A stretch of 64,000 nt of DNA from an uncultured delta proteobacterium (GTDB lineage: Bacteria; Desulfobacterota; Binatia; UBA9968). The notes beneath the pieces were generated by a model, which did no database searches, was not told the origin of the DNA, and saw nothing but the letters and a program-made list of their open reading frames with translations. The position numbers were made by a program, and so were the translations under genes. The stretch covers positions 140,632-204,631 of the forward strand of contig CAVUVW010000010.1 in assembly GCA_963745035.1 (NCBI GenBank), in the 5' to 3' direction. Below, piece by piece: positions 40,358-51,843 of this stretch (its first letter is position 1; every line of letters starts with the position of its first letter).

Positions 40358-41587
40358 ATGTCGTTTCGCTTCAAGCTTGGCGCGGGCGGTTGGTGCATGC
40401 TCGCGCTGCTGTTGATCGTCGGCTGTAGCTCGCTGCCGCGCTCGGTCCCGAAGAAATCCGATGGCGTACTCGCCGACGATCTCGACGCGCAGTCGTTGCG
40501 CCGAGCGCTTCATCACAGCCTTGCATATCTGCAAAAGCTCCCGGCAGATCGAGTCGTCGGTGTGGAGCCGCGCCGATTTACCGCCGGCGAGGTGCGCGAC
40601 TCGCTTTTGGCGTTCGACAAGCTGCTCGACCTTTGGAGCTGCCGGGAGTGCTTTGCGCGCGCGGTGAAGGCGCGATTCGAATTCTTGCCGTCGAGCGCCG
40701 ATCCGGAGCTCTCGCGGGTGTTGTTCACCGGCTACTATCAGCCGATCATGGACGGCAGCCTGACGCGCTCGGAAAAATTTCGCTACCCGATCTACGGCAA
40801 GCCCGCCGATCTCATCAGCGCCGAACTGGTCACCTTGCAGCCTGAATTGACCGTGCAGCGGATCGTCGGGCGCGCCCAGGGCGAGCAATTCCTCCCTTAC
40901 TATTCCCGGCGCGAAATCGACGAGGGCGGTGCGCTCGAAGGACGCGGTCTGGAGATCGCCTGGGTGGCGGATCCGATCGATCTGTTTTTTCTCCATATCC
41001 AAGGCTCGGGGATTGTCCGCCTGCCGGACCGCCGGGAAGTAAGCGTCGGCTACGCGGCGCAAAACGGCTGGCCCTATCGCAGCATCGGCCGGCTGCTCAT
41101 CGACCGCGGCAAAATTCCCAGAGAAGAAATGTCGATGCAGCGCCTGCGCCGCTACCTTGGCGAGAATCCGCGGGAGCAAGACGAAATCCTTGCTTACAAC
41201 GAGAGCTACGTGTTTTTTCGTGTGCTGGAAAACGAGCCGCTCGGCAGTCTCGAAGTGCCGGTCACCGCCGGGCGCTCCATCGCCACGGATGCGCGGCTCT
41301 TTCCCAAGGGCGCGCTCGCCTGGATCGAAACGGAAATTCCGGTGATCGACCGCGCGGGCGGATTGGCCGGGTGGCGCCCGCTCGCGCGCTTCGCGCTCAA
41401 TCAAGACACCGGCGGCGCGATCCGCGGCTTGCAGCGCGCCGATCTTTACTTCGGCACCGGCGAAGAGCCGGGCGCCTTGGCCGGCTACATGAACCGTCCG
41501 GGGAAAATTTATTTTCTGATGCTCAAGCAAGGTCCGTCCGGCGATCGTTTGCCCGACGGATCGCAAGGCGAGAGCTTGGAGCGATGA
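40358..41587 (+). CDS. mltA: Membrane-bound lytic murein transglycosylase A
   Basis: Lipobox, 'FTGYYQP', 'FFLHIQGSG', 'SYVFF', 'QDTGGAIRG..RADLYFG'. Confidence 0.92.
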   Translation: MSFRFKLGAGGWCMLALLLIVGCSSLPRSVPKKSDGVLADDLDAQSLRRALHHSLAYLQKLPADRVVGVEPRRFTAGEVRDSLLAFDKLLDLWSCRECFARAVKARFEFLPSSADPELSRVLFTGYYQPIMDGSLTRSEKFRYPIYGKPADLISAELVTLQPELTVQRIVGRAQGEQFLPYYSRREIDEGGALEGRGLEIAWVADPIDLFFLHIQGSGIVRLPDRREVSVGYAAQNGWPYRSIGRLLIDRGKIPREEMSMQRLRRYLGENPREQDEILAYNESYVFFRVLENEPLGSLEVPVTAGRSIATDARLFPKGALAWIETEIPVIDRAGGLAGWRPLARFALNQDTGGAIRGLQRADLYFGTGEEPGALAGYMNRPGKIYFLMLKQGPSGDRLPDGSQGESLER

Positions 41588-41669
41588 GCTTCGCCGGCGC
41601 GTTTTTCTTTCCTCACTTGAGCGAGGCTTGGCGGATAAGGTACGCTTGTCGTAATTCGCAGCGGCGATG

Positions 41670-42542
41670 ATGGAACGGCATACCGAAACACGGCGACTCA
41701 AATGGGCTCTTGCAATCAGCTCGTTGTATTTCTTCGCCGAGCTGATCGCGGGTTTTCTCACCAACAGCCTGGCGCTGCTGTCCGACGCCGGCCACATGCT
41801 GTCGGACGTCGGCGCGATGACGCTCAGCCTGTTCGCGTTTCGCATGGCGCGGCGGCCGGCGACGCACCAAAGCACCTACGGCTTTCACCGGGTGGAAATT
41901 CTCGCCGCGCTGTTCAACGGCCTCACGCTGTGGTTGATCGTCGGCATGATTTTCGCCGCCGCGTACGGCCGGTTTTTTCATCCGCCGGCGGTCGAGAGCT
42001 TCGGCATGATGATCGTGGCGATCGTCGGGCTGCTGGTGAATCTTACGGCCGCGGCCATTCTCCACGGCGGGCATCGCCACAATCTCAATCTGCGCGGCGC
42101 CTTCCTGCACGTGGTGAGCGACGCCATCGGTTCGGTGGGCGCGATCGTGGCGGGCGTCGTCATGGTGACCACCGGCTGGTATCTGGCCGACCCGCTGATC
42201 GGCATTTTCATCGGCGTCTTGATCCTCTTTTCGTCCTGGAGTCTGGTGAAAGAATCGCTCAGCGTGCTCATGCAGGCGGTGCCCAAGGGCATCCGGCTCG
42301 AAGAAGTGCGACAGACCATCGAGGCGGTGCATGGCGTGAGCAAAGTGCACGATCTGCACATCTGGGCGGTGACCTCGGACATTTTCACCTTGAGCGCCCA
42401 CGCGGTGGTGGAGAACGGCGGCGATTTTCACGAAGTGCTGAACGGCATCGAAGACACTCTCAGGGAGCGCTACAAGATCGAGCACACCACGATCCAGCTC
42501 GAAACCGAGAGCCGCGAGGAAAAAGAGTTCAAAGCATTTTGA
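41670..42542 (+). CDS. Cation diffusion facilitator (CzcD/ZitB-like)
   Basis: 'SLALLSDAGHMLSD', 'GAFLHVVSD', 'VHDLHIW'. Confidence 0.93.
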   Translation: MERHTETRRLKWALAISSLYFFAELIAGFLTNSLALLSDAGHMLSDVGAMTLSLFAFRMARRPATHQSTYGFHRVEILAALFNGLTLWLIVGMIFAAAYGRFFHPPAVESFGMMIVAIVGLLVNLTAAAILHGGHRHNLNLRGAFLHVVSDAIGSVGAIVAGVVMVTTGWYLADPLIGIFIGVLILFSSWSLVKESLSVLMQAVPKGIRLEEVRQTIEAVHGVSKVHDLHIWAVTSDIFTLSAHAVVENGGDFHEVLNGIEDTLRERYKIEHTTIQLETESREEKEFKAF

Positions 42543-42620
42543 TTTCTGCAGCGGCAACGCATTTCGCGTTATTGCCCAAATGATAGTCGAATTACGTTGC
42601 GAGTTTTGAGTCACTCGCGC

Positions 42621-43841
42621 CTAGGAAGCGCTTGTAGGCGACAGCGCCGGCCGGGAGCGAGGCAGCAGGCAGGCCATCAGAGCGACGCTTGCGAACGAAA
42701 GAATCCCGAGCATCCAGAAGATCGTCGGCAGCTCGGCGGTGACGAGGAGCAGTCCGACGATCGACGTCGAGGTAGTTTTGGAGACCTGCTGGATCAAGCG
42801 GTCGAAAGAGACGATGCCTCCGCGCAGCTCCGCTGGGGCATTTTGCGTGAGCAGGCTTTTCTGCATGGGCGAAATTACGCCGTTGGCCAATCCATAAAAG
42901 AACAGCGCACCGCCGACCAGCCATACGCCCGGGACGAACGGCACGGCGACCACCGCGGCGCCGCTGACGACAAAAGCGACAAAGAGAATATTCGCCTTAT
43001 CCCGGCCGGCGGCGATGCGGCCCGCCTGGCTCGAAGTCACCATCGCGCCGATCGAAAAAAAGACGTAGAGCAGTCCCGCGGCGGCGGTGGAGATGCCGTG
43101 GGTGCGCACCAGGAACAAGGGAAAATAAGTGAGAAAGCCGTAGTCGAGAAAAAACCGCAGAAAGCCGGCGGAGAACGCGATCATCAGGCGCGGATGGCGG
43201 GTGAGGCGCAAGATGTCGCCGAGGTACGCGGCGGCGCGGCCGTTATTTTTGCCTTTGGTCTCGGGCATCCAAAGCCAGGCCGCCAAACCCACCGGAATGG
43301 TCAGCAAATAAAAAACAAAAGGCCAGTACCAGGCAATCATCGCGAGCAGGCCGCCGAGCGGCGGAAAGACGAGATAGCCGATGCGGTCGAGGAAGACTTT
43401 GAGTCCCTGGCCGCTGATCTCGTTGTCGCCTTCGAGCAGATCGCCGATCAAAACGATCGTCAGGGGAATCACCGCGGCGAAGGCGACGCCTTGAAGAGTT
43501 CGAAAGAAAAGCAGCCAGCCGAAGCTCGGCGCAAACGCCATCGCGGCGCCGAAAATGCCGAACGCGATCATGCCGAGCGCCAGCAGCAAGCGGCGGCCGT
43601 GAAGATCAGCGATGACTCCGAAGATCGGCGAGAGCACGATCGCCGGCGCGGTGAACACCGTCATGATCCACGAGAGCTGAGCGTCGCTCACTTGAAAGGG
43701 CTCGGTGAGCGCCGGCAACGCCGGCTGAAGGAAATTGACGCCCATCATGAGCGCGATGCTCGCGGCGTACACGATGCTCAAGGCGCGCGCTTTGGCCGGC
43801 GCGAGTTTTTCCATGCCGAACAGAGCCGTGATCGACGCCAT
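42621..43841 (-). CDS. MFS transporter
   Basis: About 12 TM helices, 'GVIADLHGRR'. Confidence 0.9.
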   Translation of the reverse strand: MASITALFGMEKLAPAKARALSIVYAASIALMMGVNFLQPALPALTEPFQVSDAQLSWIMTVFTAPAIVLSPIFGVIADLHGRRLLLALGMIAFGIFGAAMAFAPSFGWLLFFRTLQGVAFAAVIPLTIVLIGDLLEGDNEISGQGLKVFLDRIGYLVFPPLGGLLAMIAWYWPFVFYLLTIPVGLAAWLWMPETKGKNNGRAAAYLGDILRLTRHPRLMIAFSAGFLRFFLDYGFLTYFPLFLVRTHGISTAAAGLLYVFFSIGAMVTSSQAGRIAAGRDKANILFVAFVVSGAAVVAVPFVPGVWLVGGALFFYGLANGVISPMQKSLLTQNAPAELRGGIVSFDRLIQQVSKTTSTSIVGLLLVTAELPTIFWMLGILSFASVALMACLLPRSRPALSPTSAS

Positions 43842-43889
43842 CGCCGCACCGTAGGAGAAGCGGCTCCGGCAGTCAAGCGGAGCAACGCA

Positions 43890-43954
43890 TTGGAGTGATG
43901 GAGCAATGGAGTAATGGGTTCCGATAGCAACACTCCATCACTCCAGTACTCCAA
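43890..43954. repeat. Palindromic octamer-repeat element (TGGAGTAA family)
   Basis: TTGGAGTGATGGAGCAATGGAGTAATGG ... CAACACTCCATCACTCCAGTACTCCAA. Confidence 0.8.
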
Positions 43955-44028
43955 CTCTCGGATTGGTGGCCGCGTTGCCCCATGATATGGATTAGCGCGA
44001 TATCTTTTCTTAACGCGGAGGAATTTCC

Positions 44029-45549
44029 ATGCCTCAGGATATGCGAACGTGGATCGATCAGTTGGAAAGAGCCGGACTGCTCGCCCGGATCGCCAAACCG
44101 GTGGACCCGCGCACCCAGATGGGCGCTTTGCTCTGGCAGGCGCGCGATCGCGGGCTCCTGTTTGAAAATCTACCGGGATATCCGGGCTGGCGCTGCCTCG
44201 GACAGGCGCCCGGAGACGTCGCGCTCGCGCCCGCGGCGTTCGGCGTGGCGCGCGATGAGATGATTCCCGAATTCGTGCGCCGGACTGAAAAGCTCGGAGC
44301 GACCCGCCTCGTCGAAGCCGGTCCGGTGCAGCAAAGAGTTCTACTCGGCGACGAGGTCGATATCACCAAAATGCCGATCCATCAGGCGGGCATCCGCGAC
44401 GGTGGTCCGTTCATCGGCTCGGGCTTGATGATCACCAAAAATCCGGAAACCGGCCGGCGCAACTTGAGCTTTCATCGCCTGCAGATGAAAGGCCCGAGGA
44501 AAACCGGCATCCTGCTCTACCCGCGCCACGCCTGGACCAACTATCAAATGCACGAGGCGCAGGATCAGCCGATGCCGGTGGCGATCATGATCGGACATCA
44601 TCCGATGTATTATTTCGCCGCCGCAACGACGACGCAGTATGGCGTAGACGAGTTCGAGATCGCCGCGGCGCTGCTCCAGGAAGACGTCGAGCTGGTCAAG
44701 TGCCGCACCGTCGATCTCGAAGTTCCGGCATGGGCGGAAATCATTCTCGAAGGCGAAATCCCTCCGAAGGTCAGGGAGCCCGAAGGACCGTTCAGCGAAT
44801 TTCAGGATTACTATCTCACCGGCTCGGGCATGAATCCCATCGTCAACATCAAGGCCGTAACGATGCGCGACGACGCGATCTTCAAGAACGTCCAGAACGG
44901 CACCGAAGTCGAAGGCTGCGTGTACCACAAAGTTCCCATGTCGGCGCAGATCCTGCGCCGCGCGCGCACCGTTGGCGGTTTGGCGGATGTGAAAAACGTC
45001 TTGGTGATGCCCGGCATCTTCGGCGTCGTCGTGCAGATGCGGCCGCGCTACTACGGCGAGGCGCGCAACGTGCTGATGTCGGTGTTGTCGAGCGAATACC
45101 AACACCCGAAAGTCGCCATCGCGGTGGACGAGGACGTGGACATTTTCAACTACGCGGAGATTCTCTGGGCGATCAACACGCGGGTCAATCCGGCCGAAGA
45201 CATCGTCGTCATCAACGGCGCCAAGATTCACGCCATGGACCCGTCATGCCCGGAATTCGGCCACCCGGGCGCGCCGGGATGGCACCGCATCGGCGGCAAA
45301 ATAATCATCGACGCGACCAAGCCGCCGGAATGCGACCCCAAGCGTAGAGACGAATTCGAGCGACTGCGTCCGGTGGGTTGGGAAACGGTGAAGTTGGAGG
45401 ATTATTTACCCGGCGGGCTCGCCGCCGTTGCGCATCAAGCCGAAGATTCCGGGAAGCTGAAAAGATTCGTTCAAGGTTCAATCGTTCAAAGGTTCACGTG
45501 TAGGAGCGCTTACCCAAGCAGTCGAGGTATTCCGACCTTGAACTTTTGA
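44029..45549 (+). CDS. UbiD-family (prFMN-dependent) decarboxylase; the true stop may be near 45460
   Basis: 'DGGPFI', 'NLSFHRLQ', 'EIILEG', 'EGPFSEF', 'VDEDVD', 'IIDATKP'. Confidence 0.9.
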   Translation: MPQDMRTWIDQLERAGLLARIAKPVDPRTQMGALLWQARDRGLLFENLPGYPGWRCLGQAPGDVALAPAAFGVARDEMIPEFVRRTEKLGATRLVEAGPVQQRVLLGDEVDITKMPIHQAGIRDGGPFIGSGLMITKNPETGRRNLSFHRLQMKGPRKTGILLYPRHAWTNYQMHEAQDQPMPVAIMIGHHPMYYFAAATTTQYGVDEFEIAAALLQEDVELVKCRTVDLEVPAWAEIILEGEIPPKVREPEGPFSEFQDYYLTGSGMNPIVNIKAVTMRDDAIFKNVQNGTEVEGCVYHKVPMSAQILRRARTVGGLADVKNVLVMPGIFGVVVQMRPRYYGEARNVLMSVLSSEYQHPKVAIAVDEDVDIFNYAEILWAINTRVNPAEDIVVINGAKIHAMDPSCPEFGHPGAPGWHRIGGKIIIDATKPPECDPKRRDEFERLRPVGWETVKLEDYLPGGLAAVAHQAEDSGKLKRFVQGSIVQRFTCRSAYPSSRGIPTLNF

Positions 45550-45566
45550 ACGGTTGAACGTTTGAA
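45469..45566. repeat. Palindromic GTTCAA/TTGAAC repeat element
   Basis: GTTCAAGGTTCAATCGTTCAAAGGTTCA ... TTGAACTTTTGAACGGTTGAACGTTTGAA. Confidence 0.75.
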
Positions 45567-45588
45567 TGGCTTCGCTGGCGCAAAGCCA

Positions 45589-45835
45589 TTACTCGTCCGA
45601 TTCGCCGAAATAATCTCTGACGATTCTTTCCTTGATATATTCGAGCGCGCCCAAGTCTTGGATGATATCGCCGCCGGTATCGTAGAAAGAAAATATCGCC
45701 CTTGTGGTTGCGCCCGATGGCCACGAGCCATTCTAGTTCGTCTCGGTCTTCGAGCAGATAATTGATCGCTTGATTGGCGCCTTTGCTGGCGATGATGGTG
45801 ACTTTGGGTTTGGCGGATTTCTTTGCCTGGGACAT
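45589..45835 (-). CDS. Small hypothetical protein (about 80 aa; indel near 45688)
   Basis: GAGGAGG RBS; 'MSQAKK...LEWLVAIGRNHKGDIFF' continues as 'YDTGGDIIQDLGALEYIKERIVRDYFGESDE*' after a 1-nt shift. Confidence 0.6.
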
Positions 45836-45967
45836 GCTTCGGCCTCCTCAATCGAGATCGAGTTTATAACAGAAGGAACCGCGGCACAACTTGCCGGACC
45901 GGAGTGAAAAGCGCGAATCAGTGCGAAGGGCACGGCGCAGCCACAAGGGAAGCGGCAAAGCGGGATC

Positions 45968-46052
45968 CACCGCAGAGGCGCAGAGCTCGCAGAGTCCGGA
46001 GTATTTCTCAAGAACAAACTCCTATCTCGGCGTACTCCGCGCCTCTGCGGTG
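45968..46052. repeat. REP-like inverted repeat
   Basis: CACCGCAGAGGCGCAGAG ... CTCCGCGCCTCTGCGGTG. Confidence 0.8.
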
Positions 46053-46097
46053 AATGCTCCTCGGACGACGAAAGCTGGACAGTTTGTCGGAGTGCCC

Positions 46098-49000
46098 CTA
46101 CTTCATGGAAAAATCGACGCGGTTGGGGCGCCCCTTGAGCTTGGCGCGCTCTTCGGCGCTGAATGGTTTGGCCGCGACGACGGAAAGCCGCTCACCGGTC
46201 ACCTGGTTGGTCGCCAGGAGCGCATCGCGCACGACTTGCGCGCGCTGGCTGGCGAGCTGGCGCATGTCGTCGTCGCTCGCTTTGGCGTGCTGCATCATGA
46301 ATTTTTCCATTTCGGGCGCTGGAAGGTCCTGAGCCAGGCCGATCACGTTTCTCGGTTTGGGAAAGCTTTCTTCACCATAGGCGGCTTTCAAATATTGCGG
46401 ATACTCGTTTGGCGCGATTTGAACGTCGTCCACCGAGCGCGGCGCTTCTCCTTTGCGCGCCAGTTCCTTGAGTTTTTGCGCTTTGACCTTACGTTCGATG
46501 CTCGACTCGTTTCAGACCGTCCAGATCGGTCAGCGGATCGACGCGGCCGATGACTTCCAGATTGAGCGCGGGCCGGTTGTTCAGCGCTTTCGCGAGGGTG
46601 GCGATCTTTGCCTGCGCTGCTTGATTCAGGTTGGCCTTACCGGTTTCGAACTCGATATAACTCAATTCATCGCCACCGCCGCCCCCGCCGCCGAAGGCCG
46701 ACGCCAACAACGAAAATGGCGCGGTGACCGCGCGCGTGATGAGGTTGATGACGATGCGCAGCACGATGCCGCCGACGCTGAATTGCGGATCGTCAAGCGA
46801 GCCGCTGATCGGCAGATCGACGTCGATGACGCCGTTGCTGTCTTTCATCAGAGCGACCGCGAGCAGCACCGGCAGCTTGGTGGCGGTCGGGCTCTCGATC
46901 TTCTCGCCAAAGGTGAGCTGGTTCAAAATGATCTTGTTCTGTGCGCTCAGCTTGCGATTTTCCACTCTGTATTTAACGTTGAACGAAAGCTTGCCGCGCT
47001 CGATGCCGTAGCCGACGTATTTGGCGGAGTAGGGCGTCATCGGGCTCAATTCGATGTCTTTGGCGTCGGCGACGATGTCGAGAAAAAGGTCCTTGGAAAG
47101 CGGATTGATCTTGCCTTTGATGTCGACCGGCGCGGCGTTGTCGAGCCGCGCTTGCAGATCGAGATCGCCCGGCGTCTCCGGCTTGAGCTCGGAAATGGCG
47201 CCCTGCACGCCTGTCAGATTCGCCGAATAATTCGGCTTGACGAAAAAATCGCTGAAATGGATATTCCCTTCCTTAAGATTGATTTTGCCGATGCTGATGG
47301 CTCTGGGCGGGTCTGCATCTGCCGGAACAGGAGGCGATTGTTCGACCGACTTCTGCTCGCCTGCCCTCGTCTCGACCGGTTTTGCTTCTGACGCGGCCGC
47401 GCCTTGTTTGTCGTCTTGCGCCGTCAAATTTTGCAGGTTCAGTTTGCCGTCGGCGCCGAGAACCAGCCGCGAATAGAACTCCGCGAGCGTGATCTCGCCG
47501 ATGCGCAACTGGAAGGGCTGCAAATCAAATTGCAATGCATCGAGCGCCAGTGTCTTCCAGCGGAGAAGATCCTGCTGACCGTTCTTCTCCACGGCGCCGA
47601 AGTCGGCGACCTGGACACCGCCGTGATAGTTGACTTTCGCGGGACCGCCGCCGCTTGCATTGAACGCAAGCTCGCCTTTGGTGCCGATGCGGCCGCCGGT
47701 CAGCATGAAATTGACCTGGTCGAGATAGGGCTGAAACGACACCAGGTCCACGTCGCGGGCGTCGACGACGAACTTGCCGTTGACGGGATTGGCCGTGGCC
47801 GTGCCGGCAAGTCGCAAGACGCCTTTGTCGTTGATACGCGCGCGCACGGTCGCCCTGCCGCGCTGGTTCGTCGCCGTCGAGAAGTTTTCGCCGCGCACGG
47901 CGAGGTCGGAAATGCTGAGCTTTGCCGGCGTGGCGTTGCTGCGGTCCTCGACGATGACCCGAAAGCGGTCCAGCATGATCTGCTTCGCGTCGACGCGCCA
48001 TTCTCCTTCGCCCGGTTTTGCCGGCGAGGTGGGCGCCGGAGACAGGGGCGAAGGTTTGGCAATGCGCGCTAAATTCAACGTGCCGTCGGCGTCGCGCTGG
48101 ATGTAGCCGTGGCCGTCCTTTCCCTCGAGCGCACCGATGACGATGGTCTTTTTTGCCAGATCGATCGCGCCGTCTTTGATCGCCAAGGAGCCGACGCGCC
48201 ACAGCGGTTCGGGCTGGCCGGCGAGCTCGAGACGGAGGCTCCGTAAATTGGCGGACAGCTCGCTCAGCTTGATGTCGGGCTGGCCTTCCTTGTCTTCGAA
48301 AACGTACTGGGTCGAGAGATCGAAAAAGCCGTCTTTGATCTCGCCGGCGATTGCGTCTTCATAATAAGGACGAAGCGCGCCGGGCTTGAGACCTTCGACG
48401 TCGAGCTTGCCTTCGGCGAGGAGCGGCGTGAGCCGCAGCGTTCCCGTGTGGGCGAATTTTTCTTTGGCTTCGGACTCGAATGAGATCTCGACGTTGGCCT
48501 TTTTGCCGGCCTCGTTGGTCAGGCCGGTAATTTTTAGAGTGACGTCGTCCAGGCGCGTCTTGTACGGCCGTTGCGCCTGCTCGTCGGTAAAATGAATGGT
48601 CGCGGAGCCGAGCGCGACCTCCTCGACGGCGTAGACGAACGGTTTGCCGGCGGGCTTTGTTTGCGGTTTGGTTTCCGGCTCCTTGGCAGTCGCCGCTACC
48701 AGGTTCTGCAGGTTGATTTTGCCGTCGCGACCGCGATGCACGTGCAGTTCGAGTCCTTCGGACTTGATCGATTTGAGCGATGTCTTGTTGGCGAAGACCT
48801 CCACCGCATCGATCAGCACGTCGAAAGACGGCAGCTTCATCAATTCCCCGCCGTCCGATTGCAGCAGCGCCAAATCTTTGAGGCCGAGATTGCCGGTAAT
48901 CACGAGAGTCGGCGGATTGTCCTTTGGAAGTTTTGAAAGCGGCGTTGAGCTTGCCCGCCAAGTAGTCCCGACGGCATGGTGAAATTCAGCGCGACCGGCG

Positions 49001-49739
49001 AGTATTCGAGATACTTGGCGATCTCGAGCTTTTCGATGTTGATGTCCGATCGCGCTGTCGCGCGAGTCCTTGAACGGATGGTATCGCCGGCGAGCTGAAA
49101 CGGCGCGCCGTTGATCACCGCGAAAAATTCCGGCTTGACCTTGATATCGACGTGGGTCGGCAGGCTCGAAATGAACGGCACGCCGATTCTGAGCTGGGTC
49201 ACGTTGTGTTTGGTCTTTTCCGGCCGATCGTCGAAGTCGATCTTGCCGTCGACGATCTCAATATTATTGAGCGAGAATCGCGGCGTCGGACCGGGAGGGC
49301 CGCCGGTGAATTCTTCGATGAGATCCTGAAAATTGTATTTGCGATCTTCATTGCGAATCACGCTCACGTAGGGCTTGATCAGCCGCAGTTCCTTGACCAC
49401 CGGCCCCAAGCGAAAGAGCGAGCGCATTTCCAGATTGACGAACAATTCATCGAAGGAAAGCGCGGGAGTGTCTCCCTGCCGCTCTTTCATCAGAAAACCG
49501 CGGATCGCCGCGCTCATGGCGAAAGGATTGATTGCGATCTGCTCGATCGAAACCGGACGGTGGAACTTATCGGACAGCGCGCTGGCGACTTTGCCCCGGA
49601 TCAGTGGCGGTGCGACCAGTCCGAGCAAAACTCCGATAGTGAACAGGATCGAAGCCAACCAGAGGACGATCTTTCGAGTGCGTGGATGCCAAGCGACGCC
49701 GAGGGTTTGCTGGCGGATTTGATGAACGTCTAACGCCAT
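46098..49739 (-). CDS. DUF748-repeat envelope protein with OmpA-like C-terminus (several indels)
   Basis: N-terminal TM, 'NPFAMS', 'YNFQDL', 'PYSAKYVGY.IERGKL', 'IDVDLPISGSLDDPQFS', 'LASQRA..VR'. Confidence 0.85.
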
Positions 49740-49840
49740 GGCCGATGCGCGTAAGATTTCTTAGGCAAATAGTATCGAACCAGATGTCCCTTGTCCACAA
49801 TGATTGAGGCAATTCGTGATCCCGAAATGCGCGGCGCTGA

Positions 49841-50293
49841 TCAGAGTGTTTTCTCCGCTTCGACTTGGATGGCTTCGAGGAGGGCGAGATACGCCGCCGG
49901 CAGTTTCCAGTGTTTGGCGCCTTCGACGATCAACCGGCGGTATTCGACATTGGGACGCGGGACGTTTTCTTCGACGGCGGCGACGTAGACGAGCGCGTCG
50001 AGCGGAAGCTTGTCTTGCTCAAATGGATAAACCGAGAGAATCTCGCGGCGATAGCCGTCCTCGAAGCCGTCGAGAATCAAAAGATCCTCCTCGGTAATGT
50101 CGTAAACGATGCCCCAGACTTCCTTGCCGGGAACGGGGTACACGTTGGCTGTGCCGCAATCGCGCAGGCGCGAGTGGCGGGTGATGCCGAAGTGGTAGCC
50201 GGCGAGGCGGCCGACGCACACAAACCGGGACGATGGACAACGGCGCTGCATTTGCGGCCAGTTCATGTTCGAGCCATAGGCGAAATAATGCAC
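49841..50293 (-). CDS. Gamma-glutamylcyclotransferase (AIG2-like)
   Basis: 'YFAYGSNM', 'VWGIVY', 'LDGFE'; GGAGG RBS before GTG. Confidence 0.9.
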   Translation of the reverse strand: MHYFAYGSNMNWPQMQRRCPSSRFVCVGRLAGYHFGITRHSRLRDCGTANVYPVPGKEVWGIVYDITEEDLLILDGFEDGYRREILSVYPFEQDKLPLDALVYVAAVEENVPRPNVEYRRLIVEGAKHWKLPAAYLALLEAIQVEAEKTL

Positions 50294-50510
50294 GGCGATG
50301 AAACCTCCAATGCGGTTTGGCGATTCATAGTAGCAAAGAGCCGGCGAGGAACAAGCGCAGTGGCTCCGTTTCGGACCATAAGGAGGAGAAGATTCCACGC
50401 ATTCGCTCTGAATGAAAACAAAATAAGCGGATCTCTCACTCGAACCCTATGACGGTGCTCAGGATAAACTCCGTGAGAGACCTTGTCACCCGGTGCATCG
50501 CCGTTTGCCG

Positions 50511-51800
50511 TCACTGCCTTTTCGGCGGCTTTGCCAAAAGGATCAAGAAAGCCGAGGTGAACAAGGCGCAGGAGAAGATCGTGAACGAGAGATTGTAACT
50601 GCCCGTGCGATCGTGCAGGAAGCCGAAGAACGGCGCGCCGCTGGCGGCGAACAGATGAGAAAAGAAGAGCGACAAGCCGCGCACCGTGCCCAACGAGGTC
50701 CTGCCGAAGAAATTCGCCCAAATTACCTCGCGCAGCACGAAGCTCCCCGCCAAGCCGGTGCCGTAGAGAAAAAAGCCGCCGTAGACAAGGCGGATATCGG
50801 CGCTGGATACCATGAGCACGAGTCCCGCTCCTTGGATCGCAAACTGTATGAAAGAAACCTTCCGGATGTCGAATTTGTCGGCGAAGGCGCCCCACACGAG
50901 AGTCGAGGCAAGCTGGGTGAGAGCGATCGTGCTCATGAACGATGCGGCGATCAGCGGCGAGTAGCCGATGTCGGTGACGAAGGAGAAGATGTGTAGATTC
51001 AGACCGGCGATGCCGACGCTGGCGATGCCGAAGGTCATCACGAGCAGCCAGAATGTCGGATCGCGCAACACTTCCGCGCGGGTCCATGATACGTCGGGAC
51101 TATTTCCTCTTGTCGTGGCAGTCGCGACAGCGGACCGGGCCGTCTCGGCATGAGACGGGCTTTCGCCGTCGGGCAGAAGACCCATATCTTCGGGCCGTCT
51201 GCGGATAAAGATCAGCGCCGGCAGCACTACAATTGCCGGCGCTATCAGGCCGAATACCGCCCACGTACCCCGCCAGCCGATGAGCACAAACAGATACGCG
51301 GCGACAAGTGGTATGCTCAGTTTCGCAACGCCGGTGCCCAGGTTGGCAATAGCCATGGCGCGACCGCGTTTGCGCACGAACCATTGTGCGATGGTGACAT
51401 TGATGACCAACGATCCGAGGAGCGCTTCGCCGGCAATGACGAGCGAGCAACGGACCACCACGAACTGCCAGAAATTCTGCACCAGGCTGGAAAGCAACAA
51501 GCCCGCGCCTTCCATCAGAACGCCGAGCACGAGGATGCCGCGGCCGCCATAGCGGTCGATCCACGAGCCGAGCAACGGCACGATCAGCGCGGCGACGCCG
51601 ATCTCGAAAGTGCGAATGAGCGAAAACGCGCCGCGCGTGACGCCAAGCTCTTCCGTAATCGGCTTTAAAAAAATGCTCAGCGTGCTGGAAAAGGCGAACG
51701 TGCTGGCCGCATGGACGAGGATGCCGACGCCGACGATGTACCAGCCGTAGAAAAGTTTTGACTGCGCGACGGCATCGCCCGCTTTATTCGCATCGTTCAT
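50511..51800 (-). CDS. MFS transporter
   Basis: 'FYGWYIV', 'GSWIDRYGGR', 'WFVRKRGRA', 'PEDMGLLPDG'. Confidence 0.9.
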   Translation of the reverse strand: MNDANKAGDAVAQSKLFYGWYIVGVGILVHAASTFAFSSTLSIFLKPITEELGVTRGAFSLIRTFEIGVAALIVPLLGSWIDRYGGRGILVLGVLMEGAGLLLSSLVQNFWQFVVVRCSLVIAGEALLGSLVINVTIAQWFVRKRGRAMAIANLGTGVAKLSIPLVAAYLFVLIGWRGTWAVFGLIAPAIVVLPALIFIRRRPEDMGLLPDGESPSHAETARSAVATATTRGNSPDVSWTRAEVLRDPTFWLLVMTFGIASVGIAGLNLHIFSFVTDIGYSPLIAASFMSTIALTQLASTLVWGAFADKFDIRKVSFIQFAIQGAGLVLMVSSADIRLVYGGFFLYGTGLAGSFVLREVIWANFFGRTSLGTVRGLSLFFSHLFAASGAPFFGFLHDRTGSYNLSFTIFSCALFTSAFLILLAKPPKRQ

Positions 51801-51843
51801 CGGAAGAGAATTGTTGTGAGGCGGATGCCGTCGACCGGCAGAA

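Noticed and set aside
35278-43954. Repeats as possible CRISPR arrays
   Set aside because: Units are 7-9 bp, degenerate, lack unique 30-40 bp spacers, and no cas genes are present.
45460-45549. UbiD C-terminal tail 'FVQGSIVQRFT...' as a functional extension
   Set aside because: It is translated GTTCAA repeat sequence, probably read through because of an indel near the true stop.
50440-50482. Possible additional REP-like element (CCCTATGACGGTGCTCAGGATAAAC)
   Set aside because: Too degenerate, with no clear partner arm, to call confidently.
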